From NCBI GenBank assembly GCA_963751275.1, contig CAVVTZ010000007.1, forward strand, positions 64,001-128,000: a DNA stretch of 64,000 nt, in the 5' to 3' direction. Both the position numbers and the translations under genes were made by a program. Under the pieces are notes generated by a model. That model had not been told where the DNA came from and did not search any database. It saw only the letters and a program-made list of their open reading frames with translations. This DNA comes from an uncultured Gemmatimonadaceae bacterium (GTDB lineage: Bacteria > Gemmatimonadota > Gemmatimonadetes > Gemmatimonadales > Gemmatimonadaceae). Shown piece by piece: positions 31,200-41,142 of the stretch. How positions within the stretch are numbered: the stretch's first letter is position 1; each line of letters starts with the position of its first letter.

Positions 31200-32576
31200 C
31201 TACTTCCCAATGCAGAAGGAGCGGAAGACCTCGTCGAGGATGTCGTCCCGCTCGACGATGCCGATGAGCTCCTCCAGCGCATTCGCGGCGCTGCGTAGAT
31301 GCACCGCGGCGACCGGCGCCGGCAGCGAGCCGGCGGCCCAGGTCTCACGGAACGCCGCGACCTCCGCGCGCGCGCGCGCGACGCCGCGTTGATGCCGCTC
31401 CCGCATGAGCAGCGCCGTGGCGCCATCGCCGTCGGGCAGATGCGCGGAGAGCAGACGGCCAATGTGGCGCGTCAACGCGCCGAGGCCTTCCCCCGTGATC
31501 GCGCTCACCCCGAGGGCCGGCGGGTCCCCGTTTAAGTCTCTATTTGATACTAAATCGATCTTCGTGCGCACGGCCACGCGCGGTGCCGTGCTGAGCGCGG
31601 CCACCCGGCCGAGCGCGTCCGGGAGCGACGCCGCATCACCCGCGCATACAAGCACGGCGTCCGCATGCCCGACGTACCGGTGCGCCACCTCGATCCCGAT
31701 CCGCTCGACCTGGTCCGCCGCGCCGTCGCGCAATCCGGCCGTGTCCACGAGCCGCACCGGCCAGCCATCCAGTTCGATCATCGCTTCGAGCGCATCCCGC
31801 GTGGTGCCCGGCACGTCCGTCACGATCGCGCGCGTCACGCCGAGCAGTGCGTTGAAGAGTGACGACTTGCCGCTGTTCGGCGCGCCGGCGAGCACGACCA
31901 CCGCTCCGTCCCGTACGATCTCCCCCGCGTGCACGCTCGACAACAGCGTGTCGAGCGACGCGAGCAAGACGGCGCTCTGCGCCGTGGCGCGCTCGCGCGG
32001 CACCGGTCCCTCGTCCTCTTCCGGGAAATCGATCTCGTAGGCCAGCAGTGCCTCGATCGCGAGCACCTGCTGGCGCAACGCGGCGATCCGCCGCGTGAGC
32101 CCGCCATCCAGTTGATGGAGCGCCGTCCGATGCATCGCCGGCGACCGCGCCTCGACCAGATCCGCGGTCGCTTCCGCCTGCAGCAGGTCCATCTTGCCGT
32201 TCGCCACCGCGCGGCGGGTGAACTCCCCCGGCAGCGCGGCGCGCGCCCCGGCCGCGATGAGTGCGTCGAGCACCAGCGCGGGAATGAGCGGCCCACCGTG
32301 GGTGGTCAGCTCGATGGTATCCTCGCCCGTGTAGGAACGCGGCGCCGCGTGGACACTCACCATCACACGGTCGATGGCCGCGGCATTGCCGGCGGCGTGC
32401 ACGACGGCGCGATACGTGCGGCCCGCCTCCCAGTGGAACGGCTCGAGCATCGCCGCGCCGATCGCGCGCGCCGATCCCCCGCTCAGGCGCACGATCGCCA
32501 ATGCGCCCCGCCCCGCGGCGGTCGCCACGGCCGCGATGGTGTCCTCGGCGCCCGGGAGCGCCGCGCGGGCCTTCAC
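31200..32576 (-). CDS. mnmE: tRNA modification GTPase MnmE
   Basis: DTIAAVAT, PGEFTRRA, GAPNSGKSS, GTTRD, FCIGK. Confidence 0.96.
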   Translation of the reverse strand: MKARAALPGAEDTIAAVATAAGRGALAIVRLSGGSARAIGAAMLEPFHWEAGRTYRAVVHAAGNAAAIDRVMVSVHAAPRSYTGEDTIELTTHGGPLIPALVLDALIAAGARAALPGEFTRRAVANGKMDLLQAEATADLVEARSPAMHRTALHQLDGGLTRRIAALRQQVLAIEALLAYEIDFPEEDEGPVPRERATAQSAVLLASLDTLLSSVHAGEIVRDGAVVVLAGAPNSGKSSLFNALLGVTRAIVTDVPGTTRDALEAMIELDGWPVRLVDTAGLRDGAADQVERIGIEVAHRYVGHADAVLVCAGDAASLPDALGRVAALSTAPRVAVRTKIDLVSNRDLNGDPPALGVSAITGEGLGALTRHIGRLLSAHLPDGDGATALLMRERHQRGVARARAEVAAFRETWAAGSLPAPVAAVHLRSAANALEELIGIVERDDILDEVFRSFCIGK

Positions 32577-32577
32577 A

Positions 32578-34290
32578 CTACGACGATGGCGGCCGCGGGT
32601 TCTTCGCCCGCTCCTTGGCGATCAGCCACTGCTGCGGGAGCGCCGCGAGATTCTGCACCGCGTAGTAGAGATTCAGCCCCGCCGGGAAGTTCAGGAAGAA
32701 CACCGTCATCATCGCCGGCATCATGTAGCCGAACATCTTCGCCTGCGGATTCGGCGGCGAGTTCCGCAGGCCGATCCACGAGAGCAGGAACATCGACAGA
32801 CCCATCGCCACGGGCAGGATGTAGTACGGGTCCGGCCGCGAGATGTCCGCAAGCCAGAGGAACGACACGCCCCGGAATTCGATGGTGTTCTGGAACACGA
32901 AGAACAGCGCGAACAGCACCGGCATCGGGATCAGCATCGGCAGACAGCCGGTGAATTGACTGAACGGCGTCATCCCGTTGTCATGCAGGAGCTTCATGTA
33001 CTCCGCCTGCATCTTCTCGGGATTCTGCTTGTACTTCGCCTGCAACGCCTGGAGCTCCGGCTGGATCCGCTGCATCCGTAGGCTGCTCCGCATCGCGCTC
33101 TGGTTCAGCGGCCACAGCAGCAGCCGGATGCCGACGCCGAAGATCACGAGCACCCAGCCGTAATTCAGTTGCAGCTTGTCGTGCATCCAGAGCAGGACGG
33201 TCATCACGAACGTCGCGAACGGTTGCACCACCGCGCGCAGGAATCCACCGTACGGATTCGCGTGCTCCAGGCCGTGGCCGAGTGCGACGAGCCGGCGCCA
33301 CTGTTGCGGCCCCGCGTAGATCTCGAACGCGAATCGTCCCTGCGCATCCGGGGCGACGATCACCTCACCCGTGGCCACCGAGGGCGCCTTGTCGGCCGAC
33401 GGCGGCGCGGTGAAGATCGCCGGTCCGGCGAATTCTCCCTTGGGTGGAGCCATCACGGCGAGCAGGAAATACTTGCTCTTGCTGGCGACCCAGTCGAACG
33501 GGCCGGACTTCCGGATCACACCGTTCGAGATGATCCGGTTGACCGTGCCATCCTTCTCCATCACGCCCAGCTTCGAGATCTTGCTGAACGGCACGCTCTC
33601 CGCGTCATCGGGCACCGGCTTCACGACGTAGGCGAGCATCCGGTGGTCGTCGGTCGTGTCGGCCTCCGAGGAGGCGAGCCCCTGCGGCATCACGATCCCG
33701 ATGAGCGCCGGCGTCGCGCTCGGCGTCTTGGGCGTCACCGTTCCTGCGACGTGCACCAGGTAACTGTCCGCGACGAACGTGTATTGCACCGACAGCATCA
33801 TCGCCGGAGTCTCACCATCGTAGCGCACGCCGCTCGCCGCCGTCGCCGCGCCGGTCTGCGTGCGGAACTGCACCGCGCGCAGGTCGGTCGTATCGGCGCC
33901 CTGGATCAGCCGGTACGTGACGAGCGCGCCGCCGCGGCGGCCAAGCTCCACCGGCTGGTCGCGCTTGGGCAACACGACGTAATCCTCGATCGTCGCGCCA
34001 ATGAGCGAGGCGCCGGCGCTCGAGAAATGGAACACCGCCATCGGCGTCGCGACGTTCGTGGTCTCGGGCGCGAACGCAGTTGTTCCGGCTACGCCTGTGC
34101 CGGCGGGCGCAGCGGCGGGCACTCCTTGTACCGCCGTTGGCGCCGGCGCGCTCGGCGCAGCGGGCCCGGTCGCCGGTACGGCCGTGCTGTCCGCCGGCCT
34201 GATGACTGGCGCCGGCGGCGGGAAGAGTTTCGGAGTGATCAGCACCACGCCGATCGCCAGTGCGATCGCGAGGAAGAAACGCTTATCCAT
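32578..34290 (-). CDS. yidC: Membrane protein insertase YidC
   Basis: NYGWVLV, GCLPMLIPMP, FPAGLNLYY. Confidence 0.95.
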   Translation of the reverse strand: MDKRFFLAIALAIGVVLITPKLFPPPAPVIRPADSTAVPATGPAAPSAPAPTAVQGVPAAAPAGTGVAGTTAFAPETTNVATPMAVFHFSSAGASLIGATIEDYVVLPKRDQPVELGRRGGALVTYRLIQGADTTDLRAVQFRTQTGAATAASGVRYDGETPAMMLSVQYTFVADSYLVHVAGTVTPKTPSATPALIGIVMPQGLASSEADTTDDHRMLAYVVKPVPDDAESVPFSKISKLGVMEKDGTVNRIISNGVIRKSGPFDWVASKSKYFLLAVMAPPKGEFAGPAIFTAPPSADKAPSVATGEVIVAPDAQGRFAFEIYAGPQQWRRLVALGHGLEHANPYGGFLRAVVQPFATFVMTVLLWMHDKLQLNYGWVLVIFGVGIRLLLWPLNQSAMRSSLRMQRIQPELQALQAKYKQNPEKMQAEYMKLLHDNGMTPFSQFTGCLPMLIPMPVLFALFFVFQNTIEFRGVSFLWLADISRPDPYYILPVAMGLSMFLLSWIGLRNSPPNPQAKMFGYMMPAMMTVFFLNFPAGLNLYYAVQNLAALPQQWLIAKERAKNPRPPSS

Positions 34291-34305
34291 TTCGACTCAG
34301 TGAGG

Positions 34306-34515
34306 TCACGGGACCGGATCGAATCCGCCGGGATGGAACGGGTGACAGCGCAGGATCCGCCGCACCGCCATCCATCCACCGCGCCACGCGCCGTACTTCT
34401 CGATCGCTTCGATCGCGTAGTTGGAGCAACTTGGATAATAACGGCATGCCGGCGGCAGCAACGGCGAGATCACCGTTTGATACGCCCGGATCGGGAAGAT
34501 CAGGAGCCAGCGCAT
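34306..34515 (-). CDS. yidD: Membrane protein insertion efficiency factor
   Basis: [34 protein letters not shown]. Confidence 0.95.
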   Translation of the reverse strand: MRWLLIFPIRAYQTVISPLLPPACRYYPSCSNYAIEAIEKYGAWRGGWMAVRRILRCHPFHPGGFDPVP

Positions 34516-34850
34516 CAGCGGCCCGCGGGCGGCGCGGCGACCCGTTTCCGGATCGCCAACACATCGCCACGCAATGCATCGAAGCTCGCGCCGTACGCCT
34601 CCGGGCGCGTGCGGATGAGCACATCGATGTGATGGAGATGCGGCAACAACTCGCACCGCACGAGCTCAGAGAGCCGCCGCTTCACGCGATTTCGCTCCAC
34701 CGAGTTCCGGCCGAATTTCGGCACCACGATCCCGGCCCGCCCGGGAAGCAGAAGGGAAGCGCCGACCCGGACATCACAGTGTGTGGTCCGGATTCGCTTC
34801 CCCTCACGAGCGATCTGGCGGATCTCCGCCGCGCGCGCCAAACGGCGCAC
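34515..34850 (-). CDS. rnpA: Ribonuclease P protein component (true start uncertain)
   Basis: RNR motif [12 protein letters not shown]; lies between rpmH and yidD. Confidence 0.9.
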   Translation of the reverse strand: MRRLARAAEIRQIAREGKRIRTTHCDVRVGASLLLPGRAGIVVPKFGRNSVERNRVKRRLSELVRCELLPHLHHIDVLIRTRPEAYGASFDALRGDVLAIRKRVAAPPAGR

Positions 34851-34869
34851 GCGGGGGAACCGGTTACGA

Positions 34870-35034
34870 TCAGGCGCCGGCGTACTTGGAAGGCAGCTGA
34901 ACAGTGAGGCGCTTCCGCCCCTTCTTGCGACGACGGCTCAGCACTTCGCGGCCCCAGCGGGTGGCCATGCGCGTGCGGTATCCGTGCGTACGGATCCGGC
35001 GCTTGTTGCGGGGACGATAGGTTGGCTTGCCCAT
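34870..35034 (-). CDS. rpmH: 50S ribosomal protein L34
   Basis: Manual translation [54 protein letters not shown] (54 aa, below the ORF track cutoff). Confidence 0.97.
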   Translation of the reverse strand: MGKPTYRPRNKRRIRTHGYRTRMATRWGREVLSRRRKKGRKRLTVQLPSKYAGA

Positions 35035-35082
35035 ACATGCTCCACACGGGAAATCATCGACTGTCTGAGGTGCAGCCCCACA

Positions 35083-35111
35083 AAACTAGCTACGCCAAAC
35101 GGTTGGGTCAA
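35083..35111 (-). promoter_or_regulatory. Sigma70-like promoter of rpmH
   Basis: TTGACC-17 nt-TAGTTT on the minus strand. Confidence 0.6.
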
Positions 35112-35170
35112 TACTGCCCGCAATTCGAGTGATGTGATGGTGACGGAGCAGTAACGCGACACATCGATCA

Positions 35171-35260
35171 TCATCCACAACGTGATCGAGACGATGTCGT
35201 TCTTGTCATGCGGTCGAGCCAAAACGTCGCATTGACTTTTCCACATTGTCTCTCTAGGTT
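35171..35260 (+). promoter_or_regulatory. dnaA promoter with DnaA boxes
   Basis: TCATCCACA at 35171; TTGACT(35232)-17 nt-TAGGTT(35255), with TTTTCCACA (35237-35245) in the spacer. Confidence 0.7.
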
Positions 35261-35288
35261 CGCGTCCCCCCGCACTCACTCGCCGCGA

Positions 35289-36670
35289 ATGTCATTGAGC
35301 GCTCCTGAAATCTGGTCACTCCTCCTCAGTCGCGCCCGCGCGGAGCTGCCAGAGCAAACTTTCAGGACGTGGCTCGAACCGACGCAAGCGATTGGACTCG
35401 AAGGCGATACGATCATCGTCACGGCGCCCGATCGGTTCGCCGCAGAGTGGAATGACTCCAAGCATGCGACCCTGCTCGCGAGTTATGCGCCGATCGTCCT
35501 CGGCCATCCGTTGAGCGTCGCGTTCCGCGTGGACGAGGAGCGGCGCACCCGGCCGCAGATGGATTTCTTCGTCGCACCCACCCCTGAGTCGAAGAGCCTC
35601 CGGGTAGCGCGGGAGGCCGAGGTCCTGAGGCTGAGCGAGCGGTACACGTTCGGGAACTTCGTCATCGGCAAGTCGAACGAGCTTGCCGCGGCCGCTGCAC
35701 AGGGCGTCGCCGCCGCCCCCGGCAAGGTCTACAACCCGCTGTTCATCTACGGCGACACCGGCCTGGGCAAGACGCACCTCATGCAGGCCGTCGCGCACGA
35801 CATCCTCCAGCGCGCCCCCGAGACCCGGATCCGGTACGTGGGCTCCGAGCAGTTCACCAACGAGCTCGTCCAGTCGATCCAGGAGCGCTCGACGCAGGCG
35901 TTCCGCCGCCGCTATCGCGAGACCGACCTGCTGCTCGTCGACGACGTGCACTTCCTCCGCGGGAAGGAAGCGACACAGGAGGAGTTCTTCCACACCTTCA
36001 ACGCGCTCTACGAGGCCGGACGGCAGATCGTCCTCACCAGCGATCGTCCGCCGTCGGAGATCCCCGGACTCGAGGCCCGCCTCGTGAGCCGCTTCCAGTG
36101 GGGCATGGTCGCGGACATCGAGCTGCCCGATCTCGAGCACCGCATCGCGATCCTGCACAACAAGGCGAGCTCGACCATCTCGAGCAAACGATCCCGGATG
36201 ATGTCATCCGCTTCATCGCCGAGCACGTCCGGTCCAGCGTCCGGGAGCTCGAGGGGTCGATCATCAGGCTCCTCGCCTACGCGTCGCTCAAGCGCCAGGA
36301 GATCAGCGTCGAACTCGCACAGGAGGCTCTCCGGGACAAGATGCGCGAGGGCGAAGGCTTCACCGGCACGCCGGCACTGACCGCCGCGGTGATCCAGCGG
36401 ACCGTCGCGCAGGCGTGGGGCGTGACCGTGGATGGTCTGCGCTCTGCGAGCCGGACGAAGCACCTCACGGTGCCGAGGCAGGTCGCGATGTTCCTCATCC
36501 GAGAACTGCTCGGCACGCAGCTCGTCGAGATCGGAAATGCGTTCGGCGGCCGTGATCACTCCACCGTGATCCACAGCATTGAGAAGGTGGAGCGTACGCT
36601 CGAGGCCGATGAGACCTTCGGCCAACGGGTACTCGCGCTACGTGGAACGTTGCAGCAACTTCAACAGTGA
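35289..36670 (+). CDS. dnaA: Chromosomal replication initiator DnaA with a 1-nt frameshift near 36166
   Basis: YNPLFIYGDTGLGKTHL and TQEEFFHTFN are in the first frame; SVRELEG and FGGRDHSTV are in the second. Confidence 0.95.
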
Positions 36671-36789
36671 TCAACACGAAGGGGTGATCCGGGCGCGCAC
36701 GGAACTGATGGAATGGGGGAAGATCTTCGAATCCCCATCGATTCCACGCTGTCTCATCCGAGCCACTATGTTGCGCCGTGCAGAGTTCT

Positions 36790-36862
36790 GGTGTCGCTCC
36801 ACATTTACCCATTGCCTAGTACTACTGCTACTTTTCTTTTAATAGACTAGTAACTACTAGAG
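36790..36862. other. oriC unwinding region (degenerate DnaA boxes, DnaA-trios, AT-rich tract)
   Basis: CGCTCCACA-TTTACCCATT-GCC-TAGTACTACTGCTAC-TTTTCTTTTAATAG in the dnaA-dnaN spacer. Confidence 0.75.
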
Positions 36863-36899
36863 TGCCCACTCGCTGGGGATAGACGGGAGACGAGAGCGG

Positions 36900-38012
36900 A
36901 TGCGCTTCACGATCGCACGCGAGAAACTCCAAGACGGCCTGCTGGCGGTGGCCGCGAGCGTTCCGGCCAAGACCACGCTGCCGGTGCTCGCGAACATCCT
37001 GGTGGAGACCACCGATCGCGGGATCCGGCTATCGGCGACGGACCTGGATATGGCGGTGAGCACCGAGCTTACCGCCGATGTCGACGCGCAAGGCGCGACC
37101 ACGATCCCGGCCAAGAAACTCAGTGAGATCGTGCGTGAGCTGCCGGCGGCGCCGGTGAAGTTCTCGACCGCCGGCGAGCAGAAGGTCAGCTTGGAGTGCG
37201 GCCGCTCCCGCTTCCGTCTGCTCGGCTTGCCCCGCGACGAATTCCCGACCTTCCCGTCGGTCCGGTTCAACGAGAGCTGGCGTGTGAAGTCGGGCGACCT
37301 GCAGAGGTTGATCTCCCATACAGCGTTCGGCGCGTCCACGGAAGAAAGCCGGCCGATCCTGAACGGGGTTCTGTGGGAACTCCGGGCGGACCGGATGCGC
37401 ATGGTCGCGACCAATGGGCATCGACTCGCGAAGATGGAGTTGCCGATCAGCACCGCGGGCGCTCCGTCGGGCGACTTCATCGTGCCGCCGAAGGCACTCG
37501 AACAGATCCGCCGCCTCTTTCCACCCGAGGAGGAGCTCGAGATCGCGCGCGGTGAGAATCATCTCGGTTTCCGGTCCCCGTTCACCGCGGTCTATTCGCG
37601 GCTGATCGAGGGTCCGTATCCGAATTACGACCAGGTGATCCCGAAGGACAACGATCGTGTGGCGCTCGCCGACAAGAACGGCCTGATCCAGGTACTGAAG
37701 CGCATGTCGGTCGTGGCCTCGGAGCAGACCCATCGCATCCGGATGGCGTTCAACTCAGGGCTGCTGCGGCTGAGCGTTCAAACGCCCGATCTCGGTGAAG
37801 CGCAGGATGAATTGCCGATCAATTACGAGGGCGACTCGCTCGAGATCGGATTCAACGCGACGTACCTGCTCGAGATCCTGCGCTACATGCCGACCGAAGA
37901 GGTGCGTCTGACCTTCAAGGCGCCGGAACGTGCGGCCACGGTCGAGCCGGTAGGCTGGGATGAGAACGGGAAGTATCTCTGCCTGCTGATGCCGCTGCGG
38001 CTCGTCGACTGA
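36900..38012 (+). CDS. dnaN: DNA polymerase III beta clamp
   Basis: ATDLD, ATNGHRL, SRLIEGPYPNY, LLMPLRL. Confidence 0.97.
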   Translation: MRFTIAREKLQDGLLAVAASVPAKTTLPVLANILVETTDRGIRLSATDLDMAVSTELTADVDAQGATTIPAKKLSEIVRELPAAPVKFSTAGEQKVSLECGRSRFRLLGLPRDEFPTFPSVRFNESWRVKSGDLQRLISHTAFGASTEESRPILNGVLWELRADRMRMVATNGHRLAKMELPISTAGAPSGDFIVPPKALEQIRRLFPPEEELEIARGENHLGFRSPFTAVYSRLIEGPYPNYDQVIPKDNDRVALADKNGLIQVLKRMSVVASEQTHRIRMAFNSGLLRLSVQTPDLGEAQDELPINYEGDSLEIGFNATYLLEILRYMPTEEVRLTFKAPERAATVEPVGWDENGKYLCLLMPLRLVD

Positions 38013-38038
38013 TCGGTTGCGCGTGATCAAGGATGAAG

Positions 38039-38070
38039 GAAGCCCCCGGCGGGGATCCGCCGGGGGCTTC
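38039..38070. terminator. Hairpin between convergent dnaN and rnpB
   Basis: GAAGCCCCCGGCGG-GGAT-CCGCCGGGGGCTTC. Confidence 0.7.
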
Positions 38071-38075
38071 GATCA

Positions 38076-38448
38076 CATGGGCGCCTGTAAGCCGGGTTCT
38101 GTCCGGCCGTGAGGCCGGGACGGTCATTTCTCTCGGCGCGCGATCGCTCGCGTGCTCCAGCAGCCTACCCGTGGCGTCTTGGTCGAGACGGGCCGTCTCT
38201 CGCCACCTATTTGGCCTTGCACCGACCGGGGTTTGCCGTGCCGCATTCGTTGCCAGATGCGCGGTGGGCTCTTACCCCGCCGTTTCACCCTTACCGGCGG
38301 TTTCCCGCCGGCGGTCTATTCTCTGTGGCACTGTCCGTCACGCGACATCCGGAGATGGCGCGTTCCCAGGCGTTACCTGGCGATCTGCCCTGTGGTGCCC
38401 GGACTTTCCTCGACGGGACGAGCCCATCGCGACCGTCCGGCGCCCATG
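38076..38448 (-). ncRNA. rnpB: RNase P RNA (class A)
   Basis: Minus strand reads GAGGAAAGTCCGGGC...GCCACAGAGAA...GGTAAGGGTGAAACGG...ACAGAACCCGGCTTA; terminal P1 pairing CATGGGCGCC/GGCGCCCATG. Confidence 0.97.
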
Positions 38449-38649
38449 CGCTACGAGAACAGATGAGCGGGACGCGCGTCGTGCGCAAGCGGATTCATAT
38501 TTAGTCCTTAGTGGCTACTATGTATCATATTGAGAGCCCGCGCGGAGCACTTCCGCGCCGGCCACGTCATTGCATCCCCGCGCGGTGACGCACCGGTGAC
38601 GGCCGCGATTAGGATCGCCCGGGTACCGCCACCGAACGAGGTGTCCCGA

Positions 38650-39531
38650 ATGCCGCTCCCCGATCCACGCCGCCCCGTCGGCACGGTCGCCACGGTGCTC
38701 CACCCTTCCGAACGTGCGCGCGTCGATGCGGCGGGCGATGGCCTCTATCACGCGGTCCACCGCCAGAGCGTCGATGAAGTCCTCAACGACCTGCGCACGC
38801 AGCATGTCGGTGCCGTCCTGGTCTCGGTCGCCCGCTGTGATCCCGCCGAATGCACGCACATCGCGCAACTGGTACGCGAATTCCCACGTGTGCCCGCCAT
38901 CGCGCTCCTCACTCGCATCGAACCCGCCACGGCACAGGCGGTCCTGACGCTGGGACAGTGTGGCGTGCGGGATCTCGTGGATGTGCGCGAGGGCCTCGGC
39001 TGGCACGACCTGCGAAAGGTCCTGGCCAGCGGCCAAGGTGATGACATCAAACGGCTCGCGCTCGGACTCCTCTCGCTCGATCTCCTCGGAGTCCCGGACG
39101 ACTGCTGGCGCTTCTTCGAGGCGCTCTTCCGCCCATCGTCCACGTGCGCGACGGTGCGGATGCTCGCGCGCCATCTGGATGTGCTGCCCAGCACCCTGAT
39201 GAGCCGCTTCTTTCGCGTGCAGCTCCCTCCGCCGAAGCGTTACCTCGCCTATTCCCGCCTCACGCATGCGGCGCGTGCCTTCGAGAATCCGGGGCTGTCG
39301 ATCGCGAACGTCTCGAATCACCTCGAGTACTCATCGCCACAGAGCTTCGGCCGCCACGTGCGTGGCCTGCTCGGGATGAGTCCGCTGGAATTCCGCTCGC
39401 GGTACGATGGGGAGGGGATGCTGCAACGCTTTCGCGAGGAGCTCGTGCTGCCCTACCTTGGCATCCTGCGGCGGTTCTATCCGTTGTCCAAGGGGTCGCG
39501 CTGGTCGGGCGTGTTGCGCGGTCTGGAGTGA
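38650..39531 (+). CDS. AraC-family regulator with an N-terminal receiver-like domain
   Basis: SIANVSNHLEYSSPQSFGRHVR HTH; RBS GAGGTG. Confidence 0.8.
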   Translation: MPLPDPRRPVGTVATVLHPSERARVDAAGDGLYHAVHRQSVDEVLNDLRTQHVGAVLVSVARCDPAECTHIAQLVREFPRVPAIALLTRIEPATAQAVLTLGQCGVRDLVDVREGLGWHDLRKVLASGQGDDIKRLALGLLSLDLLGVPDDCWRFFEALFRPSSTCATVRMLARHLDVLPSTLMSRFFRVQLPPPKRYLAYSRLTHAARAFENPGLSIANVSNHLEYSSPQSFGRHVRGLLGMSPLEFRSRYDGEGMLQRFREELVLPYLGILRRFYPLSKGSRWSGVLRGLE

Positions 39532-39544
39532 TCCTCGAGGCGCG

Positions 39545-40114
39545 CTACTCGAGGACCGGCGGGAGCATCCCCACGATCTCGCTCAGGCGCGCCAGCGCGC
39601 GCACCGCCAGCCCGTCGTGTTCGATCGCCTCGCGCCCGCCCTCTTCGCGGTCGCACACCGCGAGCACGCCGAGCACGGTGCCGCCGGCGGCGCGGACCGC
39701 TTCGGTCGCGCGCAGCGCCGAGCCGCCGGTCGTGATCACATCCTCCACGACCACGACGTGGTCGCCTGCGTGGAATGGTCCCTCGATGAGTTTCCCCGTG
39801 CCGTGCTGCTTCGCCTCCTTGCGCACGGTGAAGGCGCGGAGCGGCGGCCCATCGAGCGCGCTCGCGTAGCTGATCGCATAGGCCACCGGGTCCGCGCCGA
39901 GCGTGAGGCCGCCGACGGACTGCGCACTCCAGCCCGCTTCGCGGATCGTGCGGAGCGCCAGCGGTCCGATCAGCGAGAGCCCCTCGGGACTCATCGTCGT
40001 CAGACGGCAGTCCACGTACACGGTGGACTCGCGCCCCGATGCCAACGTGAATCGACCGCGGCGCGTGGAGCGTTCGGCGAGCAGCCGGACGAGCCGCTCG
40101 TGATCGGTGGTCAG
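39545..40114 (-). CDS. pyrE: Orotate phosphoribosyltransferase (probable CTG start)
   Basis: GRFTLASG, YVDCR, VRKEAKQHG, VVEDVITTGGS. Confidence 0.93.
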   Translation of the reverse strand: MTTDHERLVRLLAERSTRRGRFTLASGRESTVYVDCRLTTMSPEGLSLIGPLALRTIREAGWSAQSVGGLTLGADPVAYAISYASALDGPPLRAFTVRKEAKQHGTGKLIEGPFHAGDHVVVVEDVITTGGSALRATEAVRAAGGTVLGVLAVCDREEGGREAIEHDGLAVRALARLSEIVGMLPPVLE

Positions 40115-41028
40115 GACTGGTCCCCGCGGCGGATCATCGACTTCATCCGCGCCAGGAGACCACTCTGCTGCGGCACGGACGGCGAATCGACCGCTGCCTT
40201 GAGCGCGGCCGCGAAACTCAGCGCGTCAGGGTAGCGGTCCACGGGATTGCGCGAGAGCCCCTTCATGATCACGGCCTCGACACCTGGATCGATCACCACG
40301 CCCTTCTTGGCTACACCGAGTGCGATCGGCGGTTGGGACAGCAGCTGGGTGAACAGCTCGCGCTGCGAGCGTCCGGAGTACGGAAGGCAGCCGGACAGCA
40401 GGTAGTATGCGATCGTCGCAAGACTATACTGGTCGGCCGACGCGGTGACGAGTTGGCCCGAGAGCGCCTCCGGCGCCACGTACATGAGCGTTCCGACGAA
40501 GAACCCCGCCCGCGTGAGCCGCTCCTCCGGCGCGGTGTCCGCTTGCGCGGCGATCCCGAAGTCCAGCAGTTTGACCAGCTTGAGCTCCGGATCGTACATC
40601 ACGTTCTCGGGCTTGAGATCGCGATGGATGATCCCGGTCAGATGCGCCGCATGCACCGCGTCGGCGATTTGTCCGATGATCAGCGCCGTCTCCTCGGGAG
40701 AGAGTGGAACCTTGCGCTTCGCGTATTTTTCGAGGAGTTCACCGGTCGCCCATTCGATCGCGATGAAATGCACGCCGGGGCGCGCCTCGCCGATGTCGAT
40801 GGTGCGCACGACATTGGGATGCGTGACGCGCGTGCCGTAGGTCGCCTCACGAAGGAACCGCGCGACCGCCGTCTTGTCGTTGCGCAGCTTCTCGCGCAAG
40901 ACTTTCACCGCGACGGTGCCGTGCTGCGGATGCTCGGAGCGGTAGACGACTGCCGTGCCGCCTTCACCGACCATTTCCTGCAACGTGTAACCGGCGAGCG
41001 ATGAGCCGGAAAGATTCTCTGGAGTCAC
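40111..41028 (-). CDS. Hanks-type Ser/Thr protein kinase (soluble)
   Basis: GEGGTAVVY, VAVK, HRDLKPEN, DFG, YVAPE. Confidence 0.92.
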   Translation of the reverse strand: MTPENLSGSSLAGYTLQEMVGEGGTAVVYRSEHPQHGTVAVKVLREKLRNDKTAVARFLREATYGTRVTHPNVVRTIDIGEARPGVHFIAIEWATGELLEKYAKRKVPLSPEETALIIGQIADAVHAAHLTGIIHRDLKPENVMYDPELKLVKLLDFGIAAQADTAPEERLTRAGFFVGTLMYVAPEALSGQLVTASADQYSLATIAYYLLSGCLPYSGRSQRELFTQLLSQPPIALGVAKKGVVIDPGVEAVIMKGLSRNPVDRYPDALSFAAALKAAVDSPSVPQQSGLLARMKSMIRRGDQS

Positions 41029-41142
41029 ACGGGCGAAGGTAATCGGCCTGGCGGGGTGGAGCAAGCGCGTTGCAACCTTCGCGCGGGCAACGGGTAGAGT
41101 CTCGGGCAGTGGACCATCATGTTTTCCGGAGCGTACAGACTC

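Noticed and set aside
31524..31555. dif site inside mnmE (and at the mnmG end)
   Set aside because: Only a XerD-arm-like half is present, with no XerC arm, and the location is origin-proximal. Kept only as part of the recurrent motif.
36155..36175. Programmed frameshift or true pseudogene in dnaA
   Set aside because: No slippery sequence is evident, and similar indels occur in unrelated genes, so assembly error is more parsimonious.
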